Source: Monocercomonoides exilis PA203 (lineage: Eukaryota; Protista; Preaxostyla). From it: 64,000 nt of DNA. The stretch lies in assembly GCA_001643675.2 (NCBI GenBank), contig LSRY02000011.1, positions 1,116,001 through 1,180,000 of the forward strand, written 5' to 3'. Each line of letters opens with the position of its first letter. The first letter of the stretch is position 1. Of the stretch, positions 12,201 to 24,500 are shown in pieces. A program made the translations under genes and the position numbers. Under the pieces are notes generated by a model. It had not been told where the DNA came from. It worked only from the letters and a program-made list of their open reading frames with translations, and ran no database searches.

Positions 12201-15200
12201 TGTGCTCTGTGAAGAGGTTGTGATGGAGAGCCAGTTTTGGAATGTGACAGGCACAATTGAAGACACTGCGGTTGAGGTTGTTGTGCCTCCTGCTCTTCAG
12301 TTTGACTCAGAATGTGTGATCAGAGTTTCATCTGAAGCATTGCTGAAAGATATGTGCTTTTCGCTTCCATCAGCGCTTTCTCCAGCCTCTTCATTCATCC
12401 TTTCCTCTTCGAATGCTTTGAGTGTCAATGATTGCTCAATTGAGCCTGTCATCGGAAACTCACAGAATAAAATCGAATTCTGTGTTTTTCAGATTGATGG
12501 AGGAGTTCTGCACATGACAGGCTTCTCGAACAAAGGATCAATAAATACCTTGTCAGATCCAATAATCAGATGTGCTGGAGAAAGTTCAGCTGAATTTTCA
12601 AATTGTGTTCTCACAGGAATTTCGAGGAGAAATGGAGGAGGAAGCTGTTTGGAAAGGAGCTGTGACAAAAAGGAAAGCAAGAATTCTGAAACTTCTATTG
12701 TTGATGTTATTATAATCACGAATTGCACATTCAGTGAGTGTGGTGTTGAGGAGAAAGACGGTTGTGGTGGAGGAATGAAGATTTCGATCGGCAAAGATGA
12801 AGAGGTTGTGATCAATGGGTCAACCACATTTGATGGTTGCAAGATAGAGAATGAAGCAGACTCAAATGGAAGAGGAGGAGGGATGATGATGTCTGTTGGA
12901 AGTGGAGGGAGCTTGAAGATGAAGGAAGTGAAGTTTGATGGATGTGAAGTGCCAACGGAGGATAGAGAAGAGAGAGGGAGAGGAATGGGAGGAGGAATGT
13001 TTGTTGAGCTTCCCAATCAATTGGGAACATTCATTTTGGAAGGAATGACATTTGAGAGATGCAATGCTTGGAAAGGGAAGAATGTGTTTGTTTCAGGATG
13101 GGATCTGAGTGAGATTGTGAACAAAGAGAACTTCAAATGGGAGATTAGTGATGAGGAGTTGGGATCATTGGATGAGTTGTGTGGATGGGAGAGGAAGACA
13201 ACAGGAGAGGAGGGATATGTGATTCCACTTGTTGTGTATTTGTGGGATAATTGGAGTGGGGATGGGTTTGTCACTTTTGAAAGTGGAAAAGATTTCAGTG
13301 GGTGTGGGCATTCAGAAGCACCTTGTTCATCGATTGATCATCTTGTTTCATTGAGATACACAACACTTGAAACAATAGAATTAACGATCATTGTGTCAGG
13401 TTCAGGATTGCTTCGAAGTTCAATATCATTTTCTTCATCATCATCGTCAATCACATCAGTTGTGAAGATTGAAGGAGAGACAAATGGAACAGTTTTGAGG
13501 ATTGCAGAAGAGAAGGAAACAGATGGAGAAAATGGAGAGGCGATGGTTGCTTCAGAAGTGATCCTCTCATTTGTGAATGTTTCATTTTCTCTTCCAAATG
13601 TGCTTGTCCGCCATCTGTCTTTCCTCAAATCATCATCAACGAATGGTGCCCTTTCTGTGAAAAGCTGCTCATTTGTTTGTGAGGATCCTTCAAAAGAAAC
13701 GGATTTCTGCTTGGTGAAAGTGGATGGAGGGAGTGTGGCAATTGAAGATTGTGCTCTGAAAGAATTCCATTTTTCACAAGGTTTTGTGGAATTGTCTTCA
13801 GATGTGAAAGTGGCAGATGTGATGAATATGTCGATCACCAACACAAGCATTTCGGGAAGGAGTCTGATTTCGCTCAGCGAATCTGCTCTCTCATCAGCCA
13901 GCTTATTGAAAGGAGCAACGATGCTGAGAGGCAAAGAGAATGGAGATGGAGTGATGTTGCTGAGCATCAACAGCTCATCATTCGCAAGCATCACATGCAA
14001 TGATAGCAGAGCCGCAATTCTGAATGATGGCTCATTTGGTGGTGGAATGAAGTGCTGTGTGGAAAAGTGTGTGATGACAAAGTGTCTGAGCGAGAAGAGT
14101 GAAGAGGGAGGAGGGATGAAAGTGGGTTTGAGGAGTGGAGGAAGTGAGCTGAAAGTGAGTGGCTGCTCGTTTGGGATGTGCATTTGTTCCATAGTGAAGG
14201 GGAGAGGAGGAGGGCTGATGATAGATGCATCTGGCCTGGGCGAAGCACAAGCAGACACAGAGGATGCACCGCCTTTGGGGATAATGATCGAGAGCACCAG
14301 ATTCACAATGAATGATGCGTTTGTGGGGAAGGATGTGTTCATCCGGTGCAAGTGGATTGAAAAGCAGATCAATGAGAAGCTGTTCTCGCTGGACTTCAGC
14401 CAGGATGCTCTGAAGTCGAACAACTCGATTTGTGGAAGCGACGAAGAGAAAAGAGATGTTGATCTGATCCCGCTGATCACATTCTATTATGGGCAGCAGG
14501 TGTTTGTGTGTGTGAATGGGAGGGATATCAGACAGTGCGGAGAGCAGACGAATCCATGCAAAAGCATCAGCCACGGAGTGTCTCACATTCAAAAGGGGAT
14601 CATGAACGCGATTTTTATTGATGGAGAAGGGGACATTGGAGGAGAATGTGTGATGGGAGACGTGAGTGTGAAGCCAATGAAGAAGGTGAAGGCGACAATC
14701 AATTTCAATGCAACTGTTCTAGAGATGGGAAATGAAGGGAACATGGTCACATTTGTGAATGAGTGTGTTGTGGAGCGGTGTGTGTTTGAGTTTGGAGAAC
14801 AGTTTTCATCAAGTCACAGCTGCATAATGAAAGTGAAGAACGGGACAACAGAGATGAGTGAGTGCGAATGCTTGTCATCCACATTTGCGTTGGCCATTCA
14901 CAGCACAATAATGGGAGTTGAAGGAGGAGAGCTGGAGACGGACAAGTGTGTGTTCACGAGAATGAAATTGTCTGTGCCTTTGATTGAATTCATTGGAGAA
15001 TCGAAAGCAACCATATCAGAAACAAAAATAGATAACCTCGAATCAGGGGGAAACGTGATTGAAGTTGGAGACAGAGCAGAAGTGGAGATGAAGGAGTTGG
15101 ATGTTCAGAACATCACTCTCTCAAGAAGTGGAAGTGCTGTGAAAATGCAGAATTTGGTGAAGGATGAAGTGTTATCGAACTGTTCATTTGGAAAGTGTTT

Positions 15201-17358
15201 GAGCTCAAAGGAGAAAGGATCGATTGTGTCGGTGAGCAATTGTGCCAATGTGAGGTTTGATCTGTGCAGGTTCTCTGGGGATTTGGAGGAAGAAGCAAGA
15301 GAAGAAAAGAAAACAAATGGAAGAACAGAAGAGGTTTGCAAGTGGAAGGGATCAGTTGTGGATGCCATTTCAAGCAATTTGGCAATGAAATACACCACAA
15401 TCAGCAACTCGAAGAAAGGAGGGCTCTCTTTGTCAGGTGGAAGTGTTGTTATTGAGAAGGGAGAGTTTGAAAACAACAATCCATCGGTTGAGGGATATCC
15501 ATCATTGAGAAGAAACATCATCTGTTCAGATTCTGGAACATTGAATGTTGTGAGTGTGAAAGGAGGAGATGGAATTGAGAAAAACACATCACTTTGGATA
15601 TTGGACGAAGGATGTCAATTGGGAGGGATAGCAGCTGAAAGAGCATCTCCCTTCTTTATTCCAATTCTTGAAGATGTGAAGAAAACAACCCAGCCATCAG
15701 ACGAACTGAAGTTGATCATTCATGGGAAGCTGCTTCTGCCTTGTGATTTGTCTGTGAAGATAAGCATGAAAAATGGAGATGAAGAGGAGATCATGAGAAA
15801 GGGAATTGATGAAGAAGGCTATGTGTCAGAGAATGAAATTCATTCAATTATTTCATCTTCAGAATTGGAGGAAGTGAGAGACGAGACAGAAGTGAGCATG
15901 TGCATTCTGTTTGGAAAAGTTGATTCTCCTTCATCAACTGAGTCTTTCATTCTGAAGAATGGAAGTGAAATTAAGGCCAAAGGAGATGATAGAATTGCTG
16001 AAGGGGGAAAAGAAGGTAAATCTTATTGGTTGTTGATAGTTTGCGTAGTGATTGTTGTTGCACTGCTTGTAGTCATTATTATTCTGGCAGTTCGATGGAG
16101 AAAGGCAAAAGAAGAAGCAAAAGATCTGAGAGAGATTGTTGATGATACAGTGAGAAAAGATCCGAAGGCGTTTGAGATGGTAACGATGGAGATGTCACCA
16201 GAGGAGCAGTGGAGGAGAGCTGAGAGGGAGGCAGAGAAGAAGAACGAAGAGAGGATCAAGAAGAGGGTGTATGAGAAAAGCTTGGGACATTCAGAGTCAT
16301 CGGAGCATTTATTGAGTGAGAGTGGATCAACAGAATACATTTTGGGAAGAGATTCAGACAAGATCCCAGAATGGGCATTGGAAAAGGTTGATGAAAAAGA
16401 AGAGGAAACAAGGAAGAGAACTCCATCACCTTCCATTTCATCCACTTCAACAACTGACTCAGATTCGACTTTTGTTCGTGGGGAGGATCTGTGCCCCACC
16501 ACTTCATCCATGTCGAACTTGGTGGATGCGATGGCATGCTCATCCCCTCATGAGAAGCTGATTGTGGATCTGAGGGATTCACTATTCATGTTGCTTCATG
16601 GAAGGAACGAGAAGAAGGAGATGGCAATTGGAAGTTTGCAGGAGCGGGAGGTGACAGCAGCTCAGATCCTGTTCTGGGTGGCAAATGGAGCACTTCATTC
16701 GTTTGATGAAATGGAAAACCCACTTCAATCACTGGCAAATCTCAGTCCTCACATTGTTCTGTTCTCCGAGCATATGGTGATCTGCGTTGTAATGCATTCT
16801 GACATTTTGCTGGATGATGATTCAGAATCATCATCCATCTCTTCATCAACAGTTATGACATCTGCCAGTGACGACGATGATGACTCTCTTCCCTCCTCTG
16901 CGTTTGAGGAAGAGGACGAATTCAAAAAAGAGTGTTTGAGGTGGAAGGCGCCAGAGCTGGTGATGAACAGGAAGATGGAAGCAACAAAGGAGTCTGTGGC
17001 ATTCTCGATTGGGATGATGCTGTGGGAATGTTTGACGCTGCAGATTCCATTTGGGGAGTATGAGGTAGAGATTGCTGGGCAGAAGATATCCAATGGTGAA
17101 AGGCCAAGCTTGGAAAGTGTGAGTGAATCGAGGCTTCACAATCTGGTGTTGAGTTGCTTGTATCAGAAAGTGGAAAGCAGATCAACGCTTCTGGATGTGA
17201 AGAAGGAACTGTTTGGGATGTATGGAAAAGGCGGATGGGTGATGACGATGACAGATGCAATGGACGTTGTTCCAATCAGGATCAATTATGGAAGTGGAAG
17301 AAGAGAAGGAAGTGAGGTGTCAAAAGAAATTTTGCTTGTTGAGGAGAAAAAAGAATGA
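9241..17358 (+). CDS. Giant single-pass receptor-like protein: signal peptide, Cys/Gly-rich repetitive (beta-helix/Pmp-like) ectodomain, TM helix and degenerate TKL-type kinase C-lobe
   Basis: Hydrophobic N-terminus MNLMLVFALIALL; repeated GGG/GGAI and FxxC/FxxN motifs; four DxxxCG....C.(S/T)I modules; TM YWLLIVCVVIVVALLVVIIILAV followed by RWRK; LRWKAPEL, FSIGMMLWECLTLQIPFGE, GERPSL and CL..R match kinase subdomains VIII-XI. Uninterrupted 8.1-kb ORF. Confidence 0.8.
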   Translation: MNLMLVFALIALLNSFETADKREHSDLTSTEDDHFVHIRKQESTYEHSKETPFGTAHNRQKSRNSLKEDETICEDSAETKMILKESEKGSKEKRSEPNDMNCHLKNEKSQLKIIRDSKSVFHNPRSTVMTMADFGNSSCEMKYLMFIKEKRRSMILINSLSTVLVHCCSVHDHGMSYGNLLRLNEGHLILSNISYCVNQFADICEPLVGCDGKGFGQKNKNLKMFDSDFSSFALVRSISLLASTNIREIAVCTCHFANISQSARGQSNRCSMGNSENEYRFEGCFVEKVDSPLGGGLVEGMRSKYNHFLALNSSYSQCVRRENADPVIGNKSMESQVVNSGDATFVDCDFNNLSTENSSRTSGGAILFTSSGLLNVTLCRFHSCYSIYCGGAISSRQTGKYFVIISSVFDSCTCEASGGCIDLFYVSTFYVNCVNCSNSSIKHTGGGVFIQENEHQGLVEKCNFCCCRKNTTQYNGGGSIGFHSNVAAIFTDCSICCGYSERHGAGFGWTNGTGVSDIQVVFCFFSNNTAANIGHDVYAHEGCTNITENSFVLCRSNTAANSNRVVIGTTEHDDWIPKVFFNPVFVNSQEGLDHMACGFVRAEDGYGRRCKTIEFGMSVLDGEGSRNEVIIESGDYEENKIDVGKMRIAFEGKDKAQVVVRNRSPNGESLVAIGAGVGSFRKITFVCGENPSSHLMEVLAEKGMLKLVECVITSLKNDESCVLTASLMIVQKGSVSFDSVEINGISFSSVPAFDIRGECSLSFQMNNVDAYGISRASGEGTVISGNLVNGMNVNISGGMMRNCGCEDGCGGGMWIQLDEGSQIEIGNVSSECADENMECVTFSSCSCVGKGNGVGGYGGALYLDVVDESCAFCIHCARFEDCQAEKGNNIFVNGKCLRDVVSRITFGFEHEGMTDRDLLGFEDGCREECVPLLPYLMEAGDVGFVGGEKSMDFSRCGLEQYPCSSIKRVVELWYGAVPRTIRIKNGFVLCEEVVMESQFWNVTGTIEDTAVEVVVPPALQFDSECVIRVSSEALLKDMCFSLPSALSPASSFILSSSNALSVNDCSIEPVIGNSQNKIEFCVFQIDGGVLHMTGFSNKGSINTLSDPIIRCAGESSAEFSNCVLTGISRRNGGGSCLERSCDKKESKNSETSIVDVIIITNCTFSECGVEEKDGCGGGMKISIGKDEEVVINGSTTFDGCKIENEADSNGRGGGMMMSVGSGGSLKMKEVKFDGCEVPTEDREERGRGMGGGMFVELPNQLGTFILEGMTFERCNAWKGKNVFVSGWDLSEIVNKENFKWEISDEELGSLDELCGWERKTTGEEGYVIPLVVYLWDNWSGDGFVTFESGKDFSGCGHSEAPCSSIDHLVSLRYTTLETIELTIIVSGSGLLRSSISFSSSSSSITSVVKIEGETNGTVLRIAEEKETDGENGEAMVASEVILSFVNVSFSLPNVLVRHLSFLKSSSTNGALSVKSCSFVCEDPSKETDFCLVKVDGGSVAIEDCALKEFHFSQGFVELSSDVKVADVMNMSITNTSISGRSLISLSESALSSASLLKGATMLRGKENGDGVMLLSINSSSFASITCNDSRAAILNDGSFGGGMKCCVEKCVMTKCLSEKSEEGGGMKVGLRSGGSELKVSGCSFGMCICSIVKGRGGGLMIDASGLGEAQADTEDAPPLGIMIESTRFTMNDAFVGKDVFIRCKWIEKQINEKLFSLDFSQDALKSNNSICGSDEEKRDVDLIPLITFYYGQQVFVCVNGRDIRQCGEQTNPCKSISHGVSHIQKGIMNAIFIDGEGDIGGECVMGDVSVKPMKKVKATINFNATVLEMGNEGNMVTFVNECVVERCVFEFGEQFSSSHSCIMKVKNGTTEMSECECLSSTFALAIHSTIMGVEGGELETDKCVFTRMKLSVPLIEFIGESKATISETKIDNLESGGNVIEVGDRAEVEMKELDVQNITLSRSGSAVKMQNLVKDEVLSNCSFGKCLSSKEKGSIVSVSNCANVRFDLCRFSGDLEEEAREEKKTNGRTEEVCKWKGSVVDAISSNLAMKYTTISNSKKGGLSLSGGSVVIEKGEFENNNPSVEGYPSLRRNIICSDSGTLNVVSVKGGDGIEKNTSLWILDEGCQLGGIAAERASPFFIPILEDVKKTTQPSDELKLIIHGKLLLPCDLSVKISMKNGDEEEIMRKGIDEEGYVSENEIHSIISSSELEEVRDETEVSMCILFGKVDSPSSTESFILKNGSEIKAKGDDRIAEGGKEGKSYWLLIVCVVIVVALLVVIIILAVRWRKAKEEAKDLREIVDDTVRKDPKAFEMVTMEMSPEEQWRRAEREAEKKNEERIKKRVYEKSLGHSESSEHLLSESGSTEYILGRDSDKIPEWALEKVDEKEEETRKRTPSPSISSTSTTDSDSTFVRGEDLCPTTSSMSNLVDAMACSSPHEKLIVDLRDSLFMLLHGRNEKKEMAIGSLQEREVTAAQILFWVANGALHSFDEMENPLQSLANLSPHIVLFSEHMVICVVMHSDILLDDDSESSSISSSTVMTSASDDDDDSLPSSAFEEEDEFKKECLRWKAPELVMNRKMEATKESVAFSIGMMLWECLTLQIPFGEYEVEIAGQKISNGERPSLESVSESRLHNLVLSCLYQKVESRSTLLDVKKELFGMYGKGGWVMTMTDAMDVVPIRINYGSGRREGSEVSKEILLVEEKKE

Positions 17359-18577
17359 ATGATTTGAGAAACGTGGGGATGGGTTGTGTGAAATGTTATT
17401 CGAGAAGCAAAGACATGCTCAAAGAATAAAAATGAGAAAAAACACAAAAAATAAGGAGTGAAGAAGAAATAACAACAAACAAGTGCAAGAAAGCAATCAA
17501 GAAACATATGTGAGCAGCAACACTTTTGAAATATGATGAAATAACTTTTTAAAGGTGATTGAAAAAGAAGGCAGAAGAGAAGCGTGGTTTTTGAATCACA
17601 AATTGTGTGTGAAGGGAAAAACTTTTTATTTGAAAAAGTGGAAATGAAAGATTTTTTTCATTCAAATATTTTTTTCAGTCCATTTTTTAGAGTGTGTTTT
17701 ATAGTTTAAGTTTTTTGTTTCAACTTTTCCTCTCTTTTTTTCGTGAATGATCAACTTTATAGAATTTTTAATTTGATTGCATTTTGCGTTTCAAATGAAT
17801 ATTCTTATGTTTTTGTTTTTTATAGCACCTTGAAGCATCCATATATATGTATATATTTACCACTCTTTTGTCAAATGTTTTTCAAATGTTTTTCAAATGT
17901 TTCTTTCTGCTTTTTTGTCACATTTTAACTCCTTTACAAATCAAATTGTTTCATATTTTTACACAAATCAATTTTTCCGTTTATATTCTCAGAAACTTAT
18001 TTTCTTTTTTATCTTCTTCATTATTAAAATTGGAGGATTTTTTGTAATTCTTGTTCTTCAAACGTAAATTTTGTATGACATTTTTTATAGTCATTCGCAA
18101 TCACTTCATTCTTGTTATCGCAATCAGCCAAAATAAATCGTTGAGAATGTATGAGTTTGTTTTGTATAAGAAAAATGAAAACGATAACAAAATAATTTTT
18201 TAATAAGAAAAGGTGAATCAAACAGCACATTGTTGGAAGAGTTCCAGTTTTTGATTTCCTTCGACTGAGCTCAAGAATTTATCATTTTTCTTTAATCATC
18301 TTTCCTTCAAGCCCACATCTTGCAAATTATTTCGATAATTAGAAAATTCTGATTGCCTTTTTTTTTTTTCATATTCTGCAAACATGTTCTGAATCTTCCT
18401 GCAATATGGAAGTTGGGTAACAGACATTGCTATTCCATCCCGAACGTGTTTTAAAAAAAAAGTGAAAGAAAGAAAATTGAATGAAAAAGTGATCACAGTC
18501 ATAATTATATTTTTTGTTTTTCTTTTTCACCTTCAACAACGGGTGCAACTCAATCAACACCAGGGCAATCTTTCATC

Positions 18578-21500
18578 TTGCATGCCCTGAAAAAGGGCTT
18601 ATTTGGATCCGATAATGTTCCTCCATTTTTTGATGATATAGTTTCAAGAACAGTTGAATGGCGTTTTCATCAAAATGTGGCCCATTACAGTCCTGTTATT
18701 GAGGCATTTGGATTAAACTGGTTTGAAACTTTATTACATGTTTGTAAAATGTTTTATTTGTTTAGGAGAATCATTTCGCAGCCTGGCGAAAACGAATTTG
18801 ATAATTTTCAATCTTTTTATTTGGATTGTCAGGTCTGTGTTTTTGAAGCTTTTCTTGTTCATTCTGCTTTTTGATTTTGTGTCTTTTTGGAATTCTAGTC
18901 ATTTAACATCTTGCTGAATCATTTTGCCAAACAATTTAGATTTGCAATCACTTTGAACAATATTAATCCTAAAAAATCAATAACAAAATGTATGCATGCA
19001 ATTAAAATTAACAATGAAATATAGTGCTTCCATTAAAGATAACACACACTATTTTCGACTCGCAGAAAGAGATCGAGGTTTTACGGAATTTGTTTTAAAG
19101 AATAAACTTACTGAAAAGGATGGATTTCTTAAAAACGGCTTCATATCAGTAACATTTGAAATCGAAGTTTGCTTGCTAACTTGAACGTTTTTTTTTTTTT
19201 TTGAAAGAACTCTACGAACTTAAAAAAAAAAAATATTTATTCAATCAGCCAGTAATTGAGTCTAAGCGACAGTTTTTACGAAGAACAGAGAAAGTTCAAA
19301 AGGGAATGATTGGTTTAGAAAATCAAGGAGCAACGTGTTATTTGAATTCGTTGCTTCAGACGTTGTTTCACACGACCCTTTTTCGTTGGGTATGCAAGTG
19401 CAAGTATTTATTGAAAAAACAATTATTTATGATGGTTCACATTTGAAATGAATCACACATTTATTTTTGATTGATTAATAAATTAATTGATATTGCCTGT
19501 GCGTGCGGTACAGTGTGTGTATCACATGCCAGTTGAAGAAGAGGCGCTTGCGCTTGAAGACGAAACAGAAAAGACTGAAGACGGAAAGAACGAAAAAGAT
19601 GGGCCTAATGAAAAGGCCAATGAATCAGCGGATCATCAAAAAGAAAGTGATAAAGAAAAAACGACTTCAGCTGCTGCAACACAAGAAACAGAAAAGAAAC
19701 AACCAAAGATGGCTGAAGCGCTTCAAAGACTGTTTTATTCGATGCAGACATCAGAAGAAAGGTATTGAAGGGAATGAAAATTGCAGAGACTTGAATAGGT
19801 GAAACAGAGCGTTTTCTTTATAATTTCTCTCTCTCTCTCTCTCTCTCTCTCCCTCCCTCTCTCTCTCTCTCTCATTCGTAAATTCTCTTTTCTTTCTCTC
19901 TCTCTTTTTTTTCTGTTTACAACTTATTCGCTTCATTTACAATTTTTTCCTTATTAACTTCATAATGTTTTATACTCACTTTTTTTAAATAAATATAATT
20001 TTCAAAGTGTCTCAACAAAAGAGCTGACACTTTCGTTCGGATGGACATCTGGCGAGTCGTTTGAGCAGCACGACGTGCAGGAAATGAATCGGGTTCTTCT
20101 CGACAAACTGATGGAGAAACTGAAAGTTGTGCAATCTTGACTAACCTTTCTTTCTTTCTTTCTTTTTTCTTTCTTCTTTCTTTTTTCAAATATTTTCCTT
20201 TCCTTTCCTTTCCTTTTCTTTCTTTTTTTCTTTGATTTTTCCTTTTATTTATTTATTTAAATTTGCTATATTTTTTTGGATTTTTTTGAGTGATATTTTC
20301 ATATGAGAATTTATTATTTATATGTGTGTGTGAAAAAATGTTGTCTTGATTCAATTTCAGCCAACTCCGTTCAGAGGCTGCTTCAATCGTCTTCTTGAAG
20401 GAAAAACATACAATTCTATAAGATGCGTCGATGTGGACTATGAAAGCGCTCATGTTGAGTCATTTTTTGATCTCAGGTCTGCTTTCTATTATTATTGTTA
20501 TTATTATTGCTTTATTCATATTTTCTATTTATTTTTCAACGCATGAATTTCTATCCTTCCTTTGTTTTTTCTGATTAAATTTTCGCTAACTCACAAACAC
20601 ACTCACTCACAAATTAAATAATCATTTCCTTCATTATTACGAATTACAACTTCTTTCCTCCTCTTTCCTTATCTTTCCTTATCTTTCCTTATCTTTCCTT
20701 ATCTTTCCTTATCTTTCCACATCTCCCCACTAAATTGCTTCTACCCCCTCCCCAGTCTCCAAGTCAAAGGCTGCAAGAACATCTACGACTCGTTTGACAG
20801 ATACACCGAAGAGGAGATGCTAAGTGGAGACAACAAATACAACGCGGAGGGATACGGACTGCAAACCGCGGGAAAAGTATGCAATTTCATTGTGACATTA
20901 TTTTCCTGTGAATGTTTTCGTGTTTAATTGTTAATGAATTTTTGATTTGTTATTTCTTGGGGGAAAAAAAAACTGAATATTCATTTAACCATTTGCTTTA
21001 TTCATTCAAACATACAACGCATTTTATTTATTTATCTTTATCTTTATCTCTCTTTCTCTTTCTCTTTCTCTTCACATTTCCTCCTTTTTTTTTTAACCCA
21101 GTCCACCCGTTTTCTCGAGCTTCCCCCTATTCTCCACCTGCAGCTGATGCGGTGGGAATACGACGTGATGACTGACCGAATGGCGAAAGTGCACGACCGA
21201 TTCGAATTCTACCCAGAAATCTGCCTGGACAAATACGTTGTGACGCTTACAGAGAAGCAGAAGGAGAACTTGAGAATCAAACAGGAGAAGGAAGAGAAGG
21301 AAGAGAGAGAAAGAATCGAAAGACAGAAGGAGAAAGAGAGAAAGGAGAAAGCTGGAAGCGCTGATGGGTCATCGCCAATTGTTGGACCGAACAACGAGCC
21401 GCCTCCATCACCTTGCGATTCAACACAACCTCCCACTTCGCCTTCTTCTTCCTCTTCTTCTTCTTCCCCTTCTCCTCCTTCTCCTTCCCTCTCCCCAGAG

Positions 21501-24500
21501 ATGCTGGAGAAATTCGCCTTTTCAGAGAGGCCCGTGAAGAGCTACCGCTACACGCTGCATTCTGTGCTTGTGCATTCAGGAGGGGTTGGGGGAGGCCACT
21601 ATTATGTTTACATCAGCCCCAAATGCAACGGAAAATGGTTTCTCTTCAACGACACCTCAGTCAGCCGCTCGTCGGCCCACGAGGCAATCGACGAGAACTT
21701 CGGAGTGACAGTTGCTGTGCCCCCTCCACCACAACAGAAGTCTCCTCATTCAAGTCAAATGCAGTCACTACAGGGAAGAGGCAGTGTTTCCTCTGGAGAC
21801 AGAGCCAAGCCGCGGGTGGTTGGGCGCATCTCATCAGCGTATATGCTGGTGTATGTGCGAAGCGACGTGGCGCGGGAGATTCTGCAGGACGTGGCCGAGA
21901 GCGACATCCCGCGCCATATCCGTGACTCGATCGTGGCGTTCCAGGAGAAGAAGATGCGCATCGTGTTCCGCCTGCACAGCGATGCTTCTCTGTGCAGCAG
22001 GACCATTGCGAATGAGGAGCCCATGTTTGACCCGCGTAAGGCAGTTGTTTTCTGGCTGATGCGGACGGCCTCGTGGAAAACGCTGAGAGAGACGCTCAGC
22101 CGGCTCACGGGGATCAAAGAGGAGAAGATGCGCATCTGGAGGCTGATGAACAGGGCGGTGGCGGAAAATAGACAGCTGACAGATATAGAAGAAGAAGAGG
22201 AGGAGGAAGAGGAAGAAGAGCGAGAAAATCAGGAGTTGAATGAAAATAACGATAGAGCTAACAACAGCAATCAGAACAATACCACATCCAGAAGTGTTGG
22301 CATAAACCCCTTCATCCCACGAATCACACCAAATGTTGATTCTTCTCTTGTCCGCAGCATCCAATCCGTCTCTTCTTCTCTCCTTCCTTCCTCTTTTCCC
22401 ATCTGGCGGCGTTCCTTTGCACCTCCTCTTCCCCCAAATGCTCAATCTCCTTTCTCTTCTCGTTCTTTGTGTGTTTTGTCTCCTGTCAGCTGTTTGGATC
22501 CCACACAGCAAACAGACTGGGAAAATGATAAAACGCCGCTGGCGCAGCTGTTCTTTGCGTCTGTGAATCACATCTATGTGGAGGAGATGATGATGCCGGA
22601 TGAGGAAGTGAAAGAGGAGAATGAGGAGGAAAAGGAGGAAGAGAAAGGGAAAGGAAAGGAGAATGGAGAAAGTTGCGAAGAGGAAGGAGATGATCCCGAG
22701 AATGGTGCAGAACAAACAGATCCAAAGAAGAACAACAAAACTGAAAGCAAAACAGAATCCGAACATGAATCAAATGAAGAAGACCGAACAACTTCTGAAA
22801 CAAGAAGATTGAATGAGGGAAAATTGGGAGTGGAGATAAGCGAGGCAGCTATTCAGGAGCAGATTGAGCAGCAGCCTCTGCTGATTGTTGACCAGGCACA
22901 GGCGAGTGTGAGCACAATAACAGGAAACAGCCATCTGAATAGCAGCAATTTGAATTTGATGGAGAGGGAAAGAGAAGGAAATAAAGGGAATTGCTCGAAT
23001 AATAACACAAAAGGTAAAAGTGTGGAAGGAAAAGAAGGAAAAGAAGGAGGAAAAGAAGAAGAGGAAGAAGAAGCGACAATTGCGAAGCCTCTGATCATCA
23101 ACCCTGAGCAAATCGTTCTTGTGACATCGCTGAATTCTGAGATAGAAAAAAATGAGCACAACAATCAAAGTAATGAAACATCTTTGCAAACAGACAACAC
23201 ATCTTCAGAGAAGAAAGAAGAAGAAAAGAAAGAAAAAGAAGAAAAAGAAAAAGAAAAAGAAGGCAGTTGCGAAAAGGAAGCAGCGGAAAAAGAAACAGCA
23301 GAAAAAGAAAAAATAGCGAATGATGCGTCAGTTTGGGCGTCTTCCACTGCAAATGAACTGAAAGCTGATTTGAAAGAAGAAGAAGAAGCAGAAGGTCAAA
23401 CAGAAAATGGCAAAGAAATCGAAATGACTCCGATGTACAGCGCGGAAGCTGAAGAGTATAAAAACGATAATGATTTAAAGGAAAAAGAAAAAGAAAAATT
23501 AGAATCAGTCAAAAATGCTTCTGCGGAGGCAGAAAAGCCAATTTCTTCAGCAGTTCGGTCTGAAATCAGTAAACAAAACAACACAAATACAACTTCCACG
23601 TCTCCAAAACCAAAATCCTCTTCTCCTTCTCCTTCATTGCCTTCCTCCTCGTCATCATCTTCTTCTTCTTCCTCTTCTTCTTCTTCCCTCCCCGCGTGGC
23701 ACCCTCACCGAGTCCGAAGGAAAACCACCCCAGTTCTCTTGTTCTTCAAGCTGTTTGAGCCGTCCACAGGGAGCATCCGCTATGTCGGGCGCTTGGCGCT
23801 TCCTCGCCACTTTCCTTTGATTTTCTTGCAGCCGCTGCTGGATGTGTGGGTAAACAGACCAACTCTGGCGAATTTGTATGTCAATTTCTTGAACAGTGCT
23901 AAAAAGAAACAGAAAAAATTGATGAAGAAATTGAAGAAAGAAGCGAAAGAGGCAAAAGCTAATGGCACATCGTCATCATCTTCCTCCTCCTCCTCCTCCT
24001 CATCATCATCATCATCATCTTCTTCTTCTTCTTCTTCTTCTTCTTCTTCTTCTTCTTCTTCTTCTTCTTCTCCATCAGGAAATGCTTCTGATGCAAATGC
24101 TGATCAAACAGCAGAACTAATTCCTTCCCCTCAGTCTCTCATGTTTCCTGAGGAATATCTCACTGAAGATGCTCTTTCTGTCTTGCACTTCATATCCAAA
24201 TTAATGACACATTCACATTCCATTTCTTCTTCCTCTTCCTCTTCCTCCTCTTCTGCTTCTTCTGCTTCTTCTGCTTCTGCTTCTTCTGCTTCTGCTTCTT
24301 CTTCTTCTTCTTCTTCTGCATCTTCCACCTTCTCTTCCCCCTTTCCCTCTCCCTCCCTCTCCCTCTCGCCTTCTCCTCCGTCCGTCTATCTCTTCCACTT
24401 CTGTGACCGTGTGGGTGCCCTCATCCCCTGGTGGTGCACCGTCGCCTCGGCAGGGCTGCGGAGCGGCGATCAAGTGCTCATCCAGCCCATCCCCACAGAA

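Noticed and set aside
18406-18499. Possible first mini-exon (MEVG) and intron for the USP7-like gene
   Set aside because: Phase-compatible, but the sequence after the acceptor looks intronic; cannot be supported without cDNA.
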